Shown: positions 30,001-42,447 of the stretch, in pieces
How the letters are laid out: each line of letters starts with the position of its first letter
Position numbering within the stretch: the stretch's first letter is position 1
NCBI GenBank assembly: GCA_964016885.1
Contig: CAXHJY010001633.1
Coordinates: forward strand, 54,379 to 118,378
DNA from: Eledone cirrhosa
Lineage: Eukaryota
Direction: 5' to 3'
Length of the DNA: 64,000 nucleotides
Notes under the pieces: generated by a model
Databases searched by the model: none
What the model was told of the DNA's origin: nothing
The model's input: only the letters and a program-made list of their open reading frames with translations
Program-made: the position numbers and the translations under genes

Positions 30001-33000
30001 GACCATCAGGATGTTGTAGGTTCAATTGCTGGACTGGGTTGTGTTCTGTGGAGGTGTGTGGACTAGTGGTAAGGGTGTTGGACTAACCATCAGAATGTTG
30101 TAGGTTCAATTGCTAGACTGGGTTGTGTGTTGTGTTCTGTGGAGGTGTGTGGCCTAGTGGTAAGGGTGTTGGACTGACCATCAGAATGTTGTATGTTCAA
30201 TTGCTAGACTGGGTTTTGTGTTGTGTTCTGTGGAGGTGTGTGGCCTAGTGGTAAGGGTGTTGGACTGACCATCAGGATGTAGTAGGTTCAATTGCTAGAC
30301 TGGGTTGTGTGTCGTGTTCTGTGGAGGTGTGTGGCCTAGTGGTAAGGGTGTTGGACTGACCATCAGGATGTTGTAGGTTCAATTGCTGGACTGGGTTGTG
30401 TGTTGTGTTCTGTGGAGGCTTGTGGCCTAGTGGTAAGGGTGTTGGACTGACCATCACGATGTTGTAGGTTCTATTGATAGACTGGGTTGTGTGTTGTGTT
30501 CTGTGGAGGTGTGTGGCCTAGTGGTAAGGGTGTTGGACTGACCATCAGAATGTTGTAGGTTCTATTGCTAGACTGGGTTGTGTGTTGTGTTCTGTGGAGG
30601 TGTGTGGCCTAGTGGTAAGGGTGTTGGACTGACCATCAGAATGTTGTATGTTCAATTGCTAGACTGGGTTTTGTGTTGTGTTCTGTGGAGGTGTGTGGCC
30701 TAGTGGTAAGGGTGTTGGACTGACCATCACGATGTTGTAGGTTCTATTGATAGACTGGGTTGTGTGTCGTGTTCTGTGGAGGTGTGTGGCCTAGTGGTAA
30801 GGGTGTTGGACTGACCATCAGGATGTTGTAGGTTCAATTGCTGGACTGGGTTGTGTGTTGTGTTCTGTGGAGGCTTGTGGCCTAGTGGTAAGGGTGTTGG
30901 ACTGACCATCACGATGTTGTAGGTTCTATTGATAGACTGGGTTGTGTGTTGTGTTCTGTGGAGGTGTGTGGCCTAGTGGTAAGGGTGTTGGACTGACCAT
31001 CAGAATGTTGTAGGTTCTATTGCTAGACTGGGTTGTGTGTTGTGTTCTGTGGAGGTGTGTGGCCTAGTGGTAAGGCTGTTGGATTGACCATCAGAATGTT
31101 GTAGGTTCAATTGCTGGACTGGGTTGTGTGTTGTGTTCTGTGGAGGTGTGTGGCCTAGTGGTAAGGGTGTTGGACTGACCATCAGAATGTTGTATGTTCA
31201 ATTGCTAGACTGGGTTTTGTGTTGTGTTCTGTGGAGGTGTGTGGCCTAGTGGTAAGGGTGTTGGACTGACCATCAGGATGTAGTAGGTTCAATTGCTAGA
31301 CTGGGTTGTGTGTCGTGTTCTGTGGAGGTGTGTGGCCTAGTGGTAAGGGTGTTGGACTGACCATCAGGATGTTGTAGGTTCAATTGCTGGACTGGGTTGT
31401 GTGTTGTGTTCTGTGGAGGCTTGTGGCCTAGTGGTAAGGGTGTTGGACTGACCATCACGATGTTGTAGGTTCTATTGATAGACTGGGTTGTGTGTTGTGT
31501 TCTGTGGAGGTGTGTGGCCTAGTGGTAAGGGTGTTGGACTGACCATCAGAATGTTGTAGGTTCTATTGCTAGACTGGGTTGTGTGTTGTGTTCTGTGGAG
31601 GTGTGTGGCCTAGTGGTAAGGGTGTTGGATTGACCATCAGAATGTTGTAGGTTCAATTGCTGGACTGGGTTGTGTGTTGTGTTCTGTGGAGGTGTGTGGC
31701 CTAGTGGTAAGGGTGTTGGACTGACCATCATGATGTTGTAGGTTCTATTGCTAGACTGGGTTGTGTGTTGTGTTCTGTGGAGGTGTGTGGCCTAGTGGTA
31801 AGGGTGTTGGACTGACCATCAGGATGTTGTAGGTTCAATTGCTGGACTGGGTTGTGTGTTGTGTTCTGTGGAGGTGTGTGGCCTAGTGGTAAGGGTGTTG
31901 GACTGACCATCAGAATGTTGTAGCTTCAATTCCAGGACTGGGTTGTGTGTCGTCTTCTGTTGAGGTGTGTGGCCTAGTGGTAAGGGTGTTGGACTGACCA
32001 TCAGGATGTTGTATGTTCAATTGCTGGACTGGGTTGTGTGTTGTGTTCTGTGGAGGTGTGTGGCCTAGTGGTAAGGGTGTTGGACGGACCATCAGGATGT
32101 TGTAGGTTCTATTGCTAGACTGGGTTGTGTGTTGTGTTCTGTGGAGGTGTGTGGCCTAGTGGTAAGGGTGTTGGACTGATCATCAGGATGTTGTAGGTTC
32201 TATTTCTAGACTGGGTTGTGTGTTGTGTTCTGTGGAGGTGTGTGGCCTAGTGGTAAGGGTTTTGGACTGACCATCAGAATGTTGTAGGTTGTATTGCTAG
32301 ACTGGTTGTGTGTTGTGTTCTGTGGAGGTGTGTGGCCTAGTGGTAAGGGTGTTGGACTGATCATCAGAATGTTGTATGTTCTATTGCTAGACTGGGTTGT
32401 GTGTTGTGTTCTGTGGAGGTGTGTGGCCTAGTGGTAAGGGTGTTGGACTGATCATCAGGATGTTGTAGGTTCTATTGCTAGACTGGGTTGTGTGTTGTGT
32501 TCTGTGGAGGTGTGTGGCCTAGTGGTAAGTGTGTTGGACTGACCATCAGAATGTTGTATGTTCTATTGCTAGACTGGGTTGTGTGTTGTGTTCTGTGGAG
32601 GTGTGTGGCCTAGTGGTAAGGGTGTTGGACTGATCATCAGGATGTTGTAGTTTCTATTGCTAGACTGGGTTGTGTGTTGTGTTCTGTGGTGGTGTGTGGC
32701 CTAGTGGTAAGGGTGTTGGACTGACCCTCAGGATGTTGTAGGTTCTATTGCTAGACTGGGTTGTGTGTTGTGTTCTGTGGAGGTGTGTGGTCTAGTGGTA
32801 AGGGTGTTGGACTGACCATCAGGATGTTGTAGGTTCTATTGCTAGACTGGGTTGTGTGTTGTGTTCTGTGGAGGTGTGTGGCCTAGTGGTAAGTGTGTTG
32901 GACTGACCATCAGAATGTTGTATGTTCAATTGCTGGACTGGGTTGTGTGTTGTGTTCTGTGGAGGTGTGTGGCCTAGTCGTAAGGGTGTTGGACTGACCA

Positions 33001-36000
33001 TCAGGTTGTTGTAGGTTCTATTGCTAGACTGGGTTGTGTGTTGTGTTCTGTGGAGGTGTGTGGCCTAGTGGTAAGGGTGTTGAACTGACCATCAGGATGT
33101 TGTAGGTTCTATTGCTAGACTGGGTTGTGTGTTGTGTTCTGTGGAGGTGTTTGGCCTAGTGGTAAGGGTGTTGGACTGACCATCAGGATGTTGTAGGTTC
33201 TATTGCTAGACTGGGTTGTGTGTTGCGTTCTGTGGAGGTGTGTGGCCTAGTGGTAAGGGTATTGGACTGACCATCAGGATGTTTTAGGTTCAATTGCTAG
33301 ACTGGGTTGTGTGTTGTGTTCTGTGGAGGTGTGTGGCCTAGTGGTAAGGGTATTGGACTGACCATCAGGATGTTGTAGGTTCAATTGCTGGACTGGGTTG
33401 TGTGTTGTGTTCTGTGGAGGTGTGTGGCCTAGTGGTAAGGGTGTGGGACTGACCATCAGGATGTTGTAGGTTCAATTGCTGGACTGGGTTGTGTGTTGTG
33501 TTCTGTGGAGGTGTGTGGCCTAGTGGTAAGGGTGTTGGACTGACCATCAGGATGTTGTAGGTTCAATTGCTGGACTGGGTTGTGTGTTGTGTTCTGTGGA
33601 GGTGTGTGGCCTAGTGGTAAGGGTGTTGGACTGACCATCAGGATGTTGTAGGTTCAATTGCTGGACTTGGTTGTGTGTTGTCTTCTGTGGAGGTGTGTGG
33701 CCTAGTGGTAAGGGTGTTGGACTGACCATCAGAATGTTGTAGGTTCAATTCCAGGACTGGGTTGTGTGTTGTCTTCTGTGGAGGTGTGTGGCCTAGTGGT
33801 AAGGGTGTTGGACTGACTATCAGAATGTTGTAGGTTCAATTCCAGGACTGGGTTGTGTGTTGTGTTGTGTGGAGGTGTGTGGCCTAGTGGTAAGGGTGTT
33901 GGATTGACCATCAGGATGTTGTAGGTTCAATTGCTGGACTGGGTTGTGTGTTGTGTTCTGTGGAGGTGTGTGGCCTAGTGGTAAGGGTGTTGGATTGACC
34001 ATCAGGATGTTGTAGGTTCAATTGCTGGACTGGGTTGTGTGTTGTGTTCTGTGGAGGTGTGTGGCCTAGTGGTAAGGGTGTTGGATTGACCATCAGGATG
34101 TTGTAGGTTCAATTGCTGGACTGGGTTGTGTGTTGTGTTCTGTGGAAGTGTATGGCCTAGTGGTAAGGGTGTTGGACTGACCATCAGGATGTTGTAGGTT
34201 CAATTGCTAGACTGGGTTGTGTTCTGTGGAGGTGTGTGGCCTAGTGGTAAGGGTGTTGGACTGACCATCAGAATGTTGTAGGTTCAATTGCTAGACTGGG
34301 TTGTGTGTTGTGTTCTGTGCAGGTGTGTGGCCTAGTGGTAAAGGTGTTGGACTGACCATCAGAATGTTGTAGGTTCAATTGCTGGACAGGGTTGTGTGTT
34401 GTGTTCTGTGGAGGTGTGTGGCCTAGTGGTAAGGGTGTTGGACTGACCATCAGGATGTTGTAGGTTCAATTGCTAGACTGTGTTGTGTTCTGTGGAGGTG
34501 TGTGGCCTAGTGGTAAGCGTGTTGGACTCACCATCAGGATGTTGTAGGTTCAATTGCTAGACTGGGTTGTGTTCTGTTGAGGTGTGTGGCCTAGTGGTAA
34601 AGGTGTTGGACTGACCATCAGAATGTTGTAGGTTCAATTGCTAGACAGGGTTGTGTGTTGTGTTCTGTGCAGGTGTGTGGCCTAGTGGTAAAGGTGTTGG
34701 ACTGACCACCAGAATGTTGTAGGTTCAATTGCTGGACTGGGTTGTGTGTTGTGTTCTGTGGAGGTGTGTGGCCTAGTGGTAAGGGTGTTGTTCTGACCAT
34801 CACGATGTTGTAGGTTCAATTGCTAGACTGGGTTGTGTGTTGTGTTCTGTGGAGGTGTGTGGCCTAGTGGTAAGGGTGTTGGACTGACCATCAGGATGTT
34901 GTAGGTTCAATTGCTAGACTGGGTTGTGTTCTGTGGAGGTGTGTGGCCTAGTGGTAAGGGTGTTGGACTGACCATCAGAATGTTGTAGGTTCAATTGCTA
35001 GACTGGGTTGTGTGTTGTGTTCTGTGGAGGTGTGTGGCCTAGTGGTAAGGGTGTTGGACTGACCATCAGGATGTTGTAGGTTCAATTGCTAGACTGGGTT
35101 GTGTTCTGTGGAGGTGTGTGGCCTAGTGGTAAGGGTGTTGGACTGACCATCAGAATGTTGTAGGTTCAATTGCTAGACTGGGTTGTGTGTTGTGTTCTGT
35201 GGAGGTGTGTGGCCTAGTGGTAAGGGTGTTGGACTGACCATCAGGATGTTGTAGGTTCAATTGCTAGACTGGGTTGTGTTCTGTGGAGGTGTGTGGCCTA
35301 GTGGTAAGGGTGTTGGACTGACCATCAGAATGTTGTATGTTCAATTGCTAGACTGGGTTGTGTGTTGTGTTCTGTGGAAGTGTGTGGTCTAGTGGTAAGG
35401 GTGTTGGACTGACCATCAGAATGTTGTAGGTTCAATTGCTAGACTGGGTTGTGTGTCGTGTTCTGTGGAGGTGTGTGGCCTAGTGGTAAGGGTGTTGGAC
35501 TGATCACCAGGATGTTGTAGGTTCAATTGCTGGACTGGGTTGTGTGTTGTGTTCTGTGGAGGTGTGTGGCCTAGTGGTAAGGGTGTTGGACTGACCATCA
35601 GAATATTGTAGGTTAAATTGCTAGACTGGGTTGTGTTGTGTTCTGTGGAGGTGTGTGGCCTAGTGGTAAGGGTGTTGGACTGACCATCAGGATGTTGTAG
35701 GTTCTATTGCTAGACTGGGTTGTGTGTTGTGTTCTGTGGAGGTGTGTGGCCTAGTGGTAAGGGTGTTGGACTGACCATCAGAATGTTGTAGGTTCTATTG
35801 CTAGACTGGGTTGTGTGTTGTGTTCTGTGGAGGTGTGTGGCCTAGTCGTAAGGGTGTTGGATTGACCATCAGGATGTTGTAGGTTCTATTGCTAGACTGG
35901 GTTGTGTGTTGTGTTCTGTGGAGGTGTGTGGCCTAGTGGTAAGGGTGTTGGACTGACCATCAGGATGTTGTAGGTTCAATTGCTGGACTGGGTTGTGTGT

Positions 36001-39000
36001 TTTCTTCTGTGGAGGTGTTCGGCCTAGTGGTAAGGGTGTTGGACTGACCATCAGGATGTTGTAGGTTCAATTACTGGACTGGGTTGTGTTCTCTGGAGGT
36101 GTGTGTCCTAGTGGTAAGGGTGTTGGACTGACCATCAGGATGTTGTAGGTTCAATTGCTGGACTGGGTTGTGTGTTGTGTTCTGTGGAGGTGTGTGGCCT
36201 AGTGGTAAGGGTGTTGGACTGACCATCAGGATGTTGTAGGTTCAATTGCTGGACTGGGTTGTGCTCTGTGGAGGTGTGTGGCCTAGTGGTAAGGGTGTTG
36301 GATTGACCATCAGGATGTTGTATGTTCAATTGCTGGACTGGGTTGTGTGTTGTGTTCTGTGGAGGTGTTTGGCCTAGTGGTAAGGGTGTTGGACTGACCA
36401 TCAGAATGTTGTATGTTCAATTGCTAGACTGGGTTGTGTGTTGTGTTCTGTGGAGGTGTTTGGCCTAGTGGTAAGGGTGTTGGACTGACCATCAGAATGT
36501 TGTATGTTCAATTGCTAGACTGGGTTGTGTGTTGTGTTCTGTGGAAGTGTGTGGCCTAGTGGTAAGGGTGTTGGACTGACCATCAGAATGTTGTAGGTTC
36601 AATTGCTAGACTGGGTTGTGTTCTGTGGAGGTGTGTGGCCTAGTGGTAAGGGTGTTGGACTGACCATCAGGATGTTGTAGGTTCAATTACTAGACTGTGT
36701 TGTGTTCTGTGGAGGTGTGTGGCCTAGTGGTAAGGGTGTTGGACTGACCATCAGGATGTTGTAGGTTCAATTGCTAGACTGGGTTGTGTATTGTGTTCTG
36801 TGGAAGTGTGTGGCCTAGTGGTAAGGGTGTTGGACTGACCATCAGGATGTTGTAGGTTCAATTGCTGGACTGGGTTGTGTTCTGTGGAGGTGTGTGGACT
36901 AGTGGTAAGGGTGTTGGACTGACCATCAGGATGTTGTAGGTTCAATTGCTAGACTGGGTTGTGTGTTGTGTTCTGTGGAAGTGTATGGCCTAGTGGTAAG
37001 GGTGTTGGACTGACCATCAGAATGTTGTAGGTTCAATTGCTAGACTGGGTTGTGTGTTGTGTTCTGTGGAAGTGTGTGGTCTAGTGGTAAGGGTGTTGGA
37101 CTGACCATCAGAATGTTGTAGGTTCAATTGCTAGACTGGGTTGTGTGTCGTGTTCTGTGGAGGTGTGTGGCCTAGTGGTAAGGGTGTTGGACTGATCACC
37201 AGGATGTTGTAGGTTCAATTGCTGGACTGGGTTGTGTGTTGTGTTCTGTGGAGGTGTGTGGCCTAGTGGTAAGGGTGTTGGACTGACCATCAGAATATTG
37301 TAGGTTCAATTGCTAGACTGGGTTGTGTTGTGTTCTGTGGAGGTGTGTGGCCTAGTGGTAAGGGTGTTGGACTGACCATCAGGATGTTGTAGGTTCTATT
37401 GCTAGACTGGGTTGTGTGTTGTGTTCTGTGGAGGTGTGTGGCCTAGTGGTAAGGGTGTTGGACTGACCATCAGAATGTTGTAGGTTCTATTGCTAGACTG
37501 GGTTGTGTGTTGTGTTCTGTGGAGGTGTGTGGCCTAGTCGTAAGGGTGTTGGATTGACCATCAGGATGTTGTAGGTTCTATTGCTAGACTGGGTTGTGTG
37601 TTGTGTTCTGTGGAGGTGTGTGGCCTAGTGGTAAGGGTGTTGGACTGACCATCAGGATGTTGTAGGTTCAATTGCTGGACTGGGTTGTGTGTTTTCTTCT
37701 GTGGAGGTGTTCGGCCTAGTGGTAAGGGTGTTGGACTGACCATCAGGATGTTGTAGGTTCAATTACTGGACTGGGTTGTGTTCTCTGGAGGTGTGTGTCC
37801 TAGTGGTAAGGGTGTTGGACTGACCATCAGGATGTTGTAGGTTCAATTGCTGGACTGGGTTGTGTGTTGTGTTCTGTGGAGGTGTGTGGCCTAGTGGTAA
37901 GGGTGTTGGACTGACCATCAGGATGTTGTAGGTTCAATTGCTGGACTGGGTTGTGCTCTGTGGAGGTGTGTGGCCTAGTGGTAAGGGTGTTGGATTGACC
38001 ATCAGGATGTTGTATGTTCAATTGCTGGACTTGGTTGTGTGTTGTGTTCTGTGGAGGTGTTTGGCCTAGTGGTAAGGGTGTTGGACTGACCATCAGAATG
38101 TTGTATGTTCAATTGCTAGACTGCGTTGTGTGTTGTGTTCTGTGGAGGTGTTTGGCCTAGTGGTAAGGGTGTTGGACTGACCATCAGAATGTTGTATGTT
38201 CAATTGCTAGACTGGGTTGTGTGTTGTGTTCTGTGGAAGTGTGTGGCCTAGTGGTAAGGGTGTTGGACTGACCATCAGAATGTTGTAGGTTCAATTGCTA
38301 GACTGGGTTGTGTGTTGTGTTCTGTGGAAGTGTGTGGCCTAGTGGTAAGGGTGTTGGACTGACCATCAGAATGTTGTAGGTTCAATTGCTAGACTGGGTT
38401 GTGTGTTGTGTTCTGTGGAGGTGTGTGGCCGAGTGGTAAGGGTGTTGGACTGACCATCAGAATGTTGTAGGTTCAATTGCTAGACTGGGTTGTGTGTTGT
38501 GTTTTGTGGAGGTGTGTGGCCTAGTGGTAAGGGTGTTGGATTGACCATCAGGATGTTGTAGGTTCAATTGCTGGACTGGGTTGTGTGTTGTGTTCTGTGG
38601 AGGCGTGTGGCCTAGTGGTAAGGGTGTTGGATTGACCATCAGGATGTTGTAGGTTCAATTGCTGGACTGGGTTGTGTGTTGTGTTCTGTGGAGGTGTGTG
38701 GCCTAGTGGTAAGGGTGTTGGATTGACCATCAGGATGTTGTAGGTTCAATTGCTGGACTGGGTTGTGTGTTGTGTTCTGTGGAGGTGTGTGGCCTAGTGG
38801 TAAGGGTGTTGGATTGACCATCAGGATGTTGTAGGTTCAATTGCTGGACTGGGTTGTGTGTTGTGTTCTGTGGAGGCGTGTGGCCTAGTGGTAAGGGTGT
38901 TGGATTGACCATCAGGATGTTGTAGGTTCAATTGCTGGACTGGGTTGTGTGTTGTGTTCTGTGGAGGTGTGTGGCCGAGTGGTAAGGGTGTTGGACTGAC

Positions 39001-41639
39001 CATCAGAATGTTGTATGTTCAATTGCTGGACTGGGTTGTGTGTTGTGTTCTGTGGAAGTGTGTGGCCTAGTGGTAAGGTTGTTGGATGGACCATCAGGAT
39101 GTTGTAGGTTCTATTGCTAGACTGGGTTGTGTGTTGTGTTCTGTGGAGGTGTGTGGCCTAGTGGTAAGGGTGTTGGACTGACCATCAGGATGTTGTAGGT
39201 TCAATTGCTAGACTGGGTTGTGTTCTGTGGAGGTGTGTGGCCTAGTGGTAAGGGTGTTGGACTGACCATCAGAATGTTGTAGGTTCAATTGCTAGACTGG
39301 GTTGTGTGTTGTGTTCTGTGGAGGTGTGTGGCCTAGTGGTAAGGGTGTTGGACTGACCATCAGGATGTTGTAGGTTCAATTGCTAGACTGGGTTGTGTTC
39401 TGTGGAGGTGTGTGGCCTAGTGGTAAGGGTGTTGGACTGACCATCAGAATGTTGTAGGTTCTATTGCTAGACTGGGTTGTGTGTTGTGTTCTGTGGAGGT
39501 GTGTGGCCTAGTCGTAAGGGTGTTGGATTGACCATCAGGATGTTGTAGGTTCTATTGCTAGACTGGGTTGTGTGTTGTGTTCTGTGGAGGTGTGTGGCCT
39601 AGTGGTAAGGGTGTTGGACTGACCATCAGGATGTTGTAGGTTCAATTGCTGGACTGGGTTGTGTGTTTTCTTCTGTGGAGGTGTTCGGCCTAGTGGTAAG
39701 GGTGTTGGACTGACCATCAGGATGTTGTAGGTTCAATTACTGGACTGGGTTGTGTTCTGTGGAGGTGTGTGGCCTAGTGGTAAGGGTGTTGGACTGACCA
39801 TCAGGATGTTGTAGGTTCAATTGCTAGACTGGGTTGTGTTCTGTGGAGGTGTGTGGCCTAGTGGTAAGGGTGTTGGACTGACCATCAGGATGTTGTAGGT
39901 TCAATTACTAGACTGTGTTGTGTTCTGTGGAGGTGTGTGGCCTAGTGGTAAGGGTGTTGGACTGACCATCAGGATGTTGTAGGTTCAATTGCTAGACTGG
40001 GTTGTGTATTGTGTTCTGTGGAAGTGTGTGGCCTAGTGGTAAGGGTGTTGGACTGACCATCAGGATGTTGTAGGTTCAATTGCTGGACTGGGTTGTGTTC
40101 TGTAGAGGTGTGTGGACTAGTGGTAAGGGTGTTGGACTGACCATCAGGATGTTGTAGGTTCAATTGCTAGACTGGGTTGTGTGTTGTGTTCTGTGGAAGT
40201 GTATGGCCTAGTGGTAAGGGTGTTGGACTGACCATCAGAATGTTGTAGGTTCAATTGCTAGACTGGGTTGTGTGTTGTGTTCTGTGGAAGTGTGTGGTCT
40301 AGTGGTAAGGGTGTTGGACTGACCATCAGAATGTTGTAGGTTCAATTGCTAGACTGGGTTGTGTGTCGTGTTCTGTGGAGGTGTGTGGCCTAGTGGTAAG
40401 GGTGTTGGACTGATCACCAGGATGTTGTAGGTTCAATTGCTGGACTGGGTTGTGTGTTGTGTTCTGTGGAGTTGTGTGGCCTAGTGGTAAGGGTGTTGGA
40501 CTGACCATCAGAATATTGTAGGTTCAATTGCTAGACTGGGTTGTGTTGTGTTCTGTGGAGGTGTGTGGCCTAGTGGTAAGGGTGTTGGACTGACCATCAG
40601 GATGTTGTAGGTTCTATTGCTAGACTGGGTTGTGTGTTGTGTTCTGTGGAGGTGTGTGGCCTAGTGGTAAGGGTGTTGGACTGACCATCAGAATGTTGTA
40701 GGTTCTATTGCTAGACTGCGTTGTGTGTTGTGTTCTGTGGAGGTGTGTGGCCTAGTCGTAAGGGTGTTGGATTGACCATCAGGATGTTGTAGGTTCTATT
40801 GCTAGACTGGGTTGTGTGTTGTGTTCTGTGGAGGTGTGTGGCCTAGTGGTAAGGGTGTTGGACTGACCATCAGGATGTTGTAGGTTCAATTGCTGGACTG
40901 GGTTGTGTGTTTTCTTCTGTGGAGGTGTTCGGCCTAGTGGTAAGGGTGTTGGACTGACCATCAGGATGTTGTAGGTTCAATTACTGGACTGGGTTGTGTT
41001 CTCTGGAGGTGTGTGTCCTAGTGGTAAGGGTGTTGGACTGACCATCAGGATGTTGTAGGTTCAATTGCTGGACTGGGTTGTGTGTTGTGTTCTGTGGAGG
41101 TGTGTGGCCTAGTGGTAAGGGTGTGGGACTGACCATCAGGATGTTGTAGGTTCAATTGCTGGACTGGGTTGTGTGTTGTGTTCTGTGGAGGTGTGTGGCC
41201 TAGTGGTAAGGGTGTTGGACTGACCATCAGGATGTTGTAGGTTCAATTGCTGGACTTGGTTGTGTGTTGTCTTCTGTGGAGGTGTGTGGCCTAGTGGTAA
41301 GGGTGTTGGACTGACCATCAGAATGTTGTAGGTTCAATTCCAGGACTGGGTTGTGTGTTGTCTTCTGTGGAGGTGTGTGGCCTAGTGGTAAGGGTGTTGG
41401 ACTGACTATCAGAATGTTGTAGGTTCAATTCCAGGACTGGGTTGTGTGTTGTGTTGTGTGGAGGTGTGTGGTCTAGTGGTAAGGGTGTTGGACTGACCAT
41501 CAGGATGTTGTAGGTTCAATTGCTGGACTGGGTTGTGTGTTGTGTTCTGTGGAGGTGTGTCGCCTAGTGGTAAGGGTGTTGGACTGACCATCAGGATGTT
41601 GTAGGTTCTATTGCTAGACCGGGCTGTGTGTTGTGTTCT
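1..41639 (+). repeat. 91-bp tandem satellite (~460 monomers, runs off the left edge) made of a tRNA-derived SINE head
   Basis: Consensus GGAGGTGTGTGGCCTAGTGGTAAGGGTGTTGGACTGACCATCAG(A/G)ATGTTGTAGGTTCAATTGCT(A/G)GACTGGGTTGTGTGTTGTGTTCTGT, head-to-tail. The ORF track shows a 91-bp step, and 84-bp monomers lacking 7 bp of the GT-rich tail are frequent. Each monomer has TGGCCTAGTGG (A box) and GGTTCAATT(G/C)C (B-box-like) about 44 nt apart. Confidence 0.97.
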
Positions 41640-41806
41640 TGAGCAAAACACTTCATTTCACATTACTCCAGTATACTCAGCTGAAAATGAGTATTCGCAA
41701 TAGCTGGGGGTTTAACCCCACAATGGACTGGCCTCTTGTCCAGGGGAACTCTGGTACTCTCAGTTACTTCAGGCCTGATGAGCTATCGGGCTCTAGGCCA
41801 ACTTTA
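41551..41806 (+). mobile_element. tRNA-derived SINE whose head is the last satellite monomer (CORE-like centre; resembles octopus OR2-type SINEs)
   Basis: The last monomer continues as TTCTTGAGCAAAACACTTCATTTCACATTACTCCAGTATACTCAGCTGAAAATGAGTA, similar to the SINE CORE motif CCTTGGGCAAGTCACTT...CATCTGTAAAATG. It is followed by ATGGACTGGCCTCTTGTCCAGGG and a GGCCTGATGAGC...ACTTTA tail. Family assignment is from recall, not a search. Confidence 0.8.
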
Positions 41807-41970
41807 GATATATATGGATAGACAGCCGTCCAGAAAATACTAAAACTAGGATCTGTAAATATTGCCAGAACACTCACGCAATAAATTTATTAACTTTGTG
41901 TACACTTTGTCTTCTAAAGTGTATTGAGTTCTTTTTTATGAATGAAAGGTACCTTCTGGTGTATTTCTCG

Positions 41971-42045
41971 AACAACAACAACAACAACAACAGCAGCAGT
42001 AGCAGCAGCAGCAGCAACAACAACAACAATAATAATAATAATAAT
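41971..42045. repeat. compound (AAC)n(AGC)n(AAC)n(AAT)n microsatellite
   Basis: Directly visible triplet runs. Confidence 0.95.
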
Positions 42046-42236
42046 CAGTTTTTATTGTCAAATAAATATGAATTGAAACGTCCTTGATTTTGTTTGTTTG
42101 TTTGTTTTAATTAATTAATTTTTTATATATCGATATATCGATATATTTCAGTAATCGATCACGTCGTCAAGGCAACTGAGATTATAAAACAACAACAATA
42201 AAACAAACAAAATTCTTCCCGCAAAATAGCAGGAAA

Positions 42237-42447
42237 GGGGATCAACGTTCAATTCTCTGGAGAGGGGATAATTTGGGGGATCAACATTCAAATCTCTGGA
42301 GAGGGGATAATTTGGGGGGAATCAATGTTCAAATCTCTGGAAAAGGGGATAATTTTGGGAGAATCAATGTTCAAATCTCTGGAAAAGGGGATAATATTTT
42401 GGAGTCAAGGTTCAAATCTTTGGATAGGGGAAATATATTTTGGGGTC
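42237..42447 (+). repeat. ~40-bp degenerate minisatellite, ~5 copies
   Basis: Unit ATCAATGTTCAAATCTCTGGA(G/A)AGGGGATAATTTGGGGG recurs five times with small indels. Confidence 0.9.

Noticed and set aside
1-41639. CRISPR array
   Set aside because: No unique spacers: the whole unit is repeated. Context is eukaryotic with no cas genes.
1-41639. Array of functional tRNA genes (Val-like GAC/CAC loop)
   Set aside because: The acceptor stem cannot form (GGAGGTG versus GACTGGG), the T and anticodon stems are mismatched, and there is no per-unit terminator. tRNA-derived, not tRNA.
200-41651. Over a hundred 60-120 aa minus-strand ORFs (MVSPTPLPLGHTPPQ...)
   Set aside because: They are translations of a 91-bp unit that is not a multiple of 3. 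They overlap in all three frames, and their presence depends on single TAG/CAG variants.
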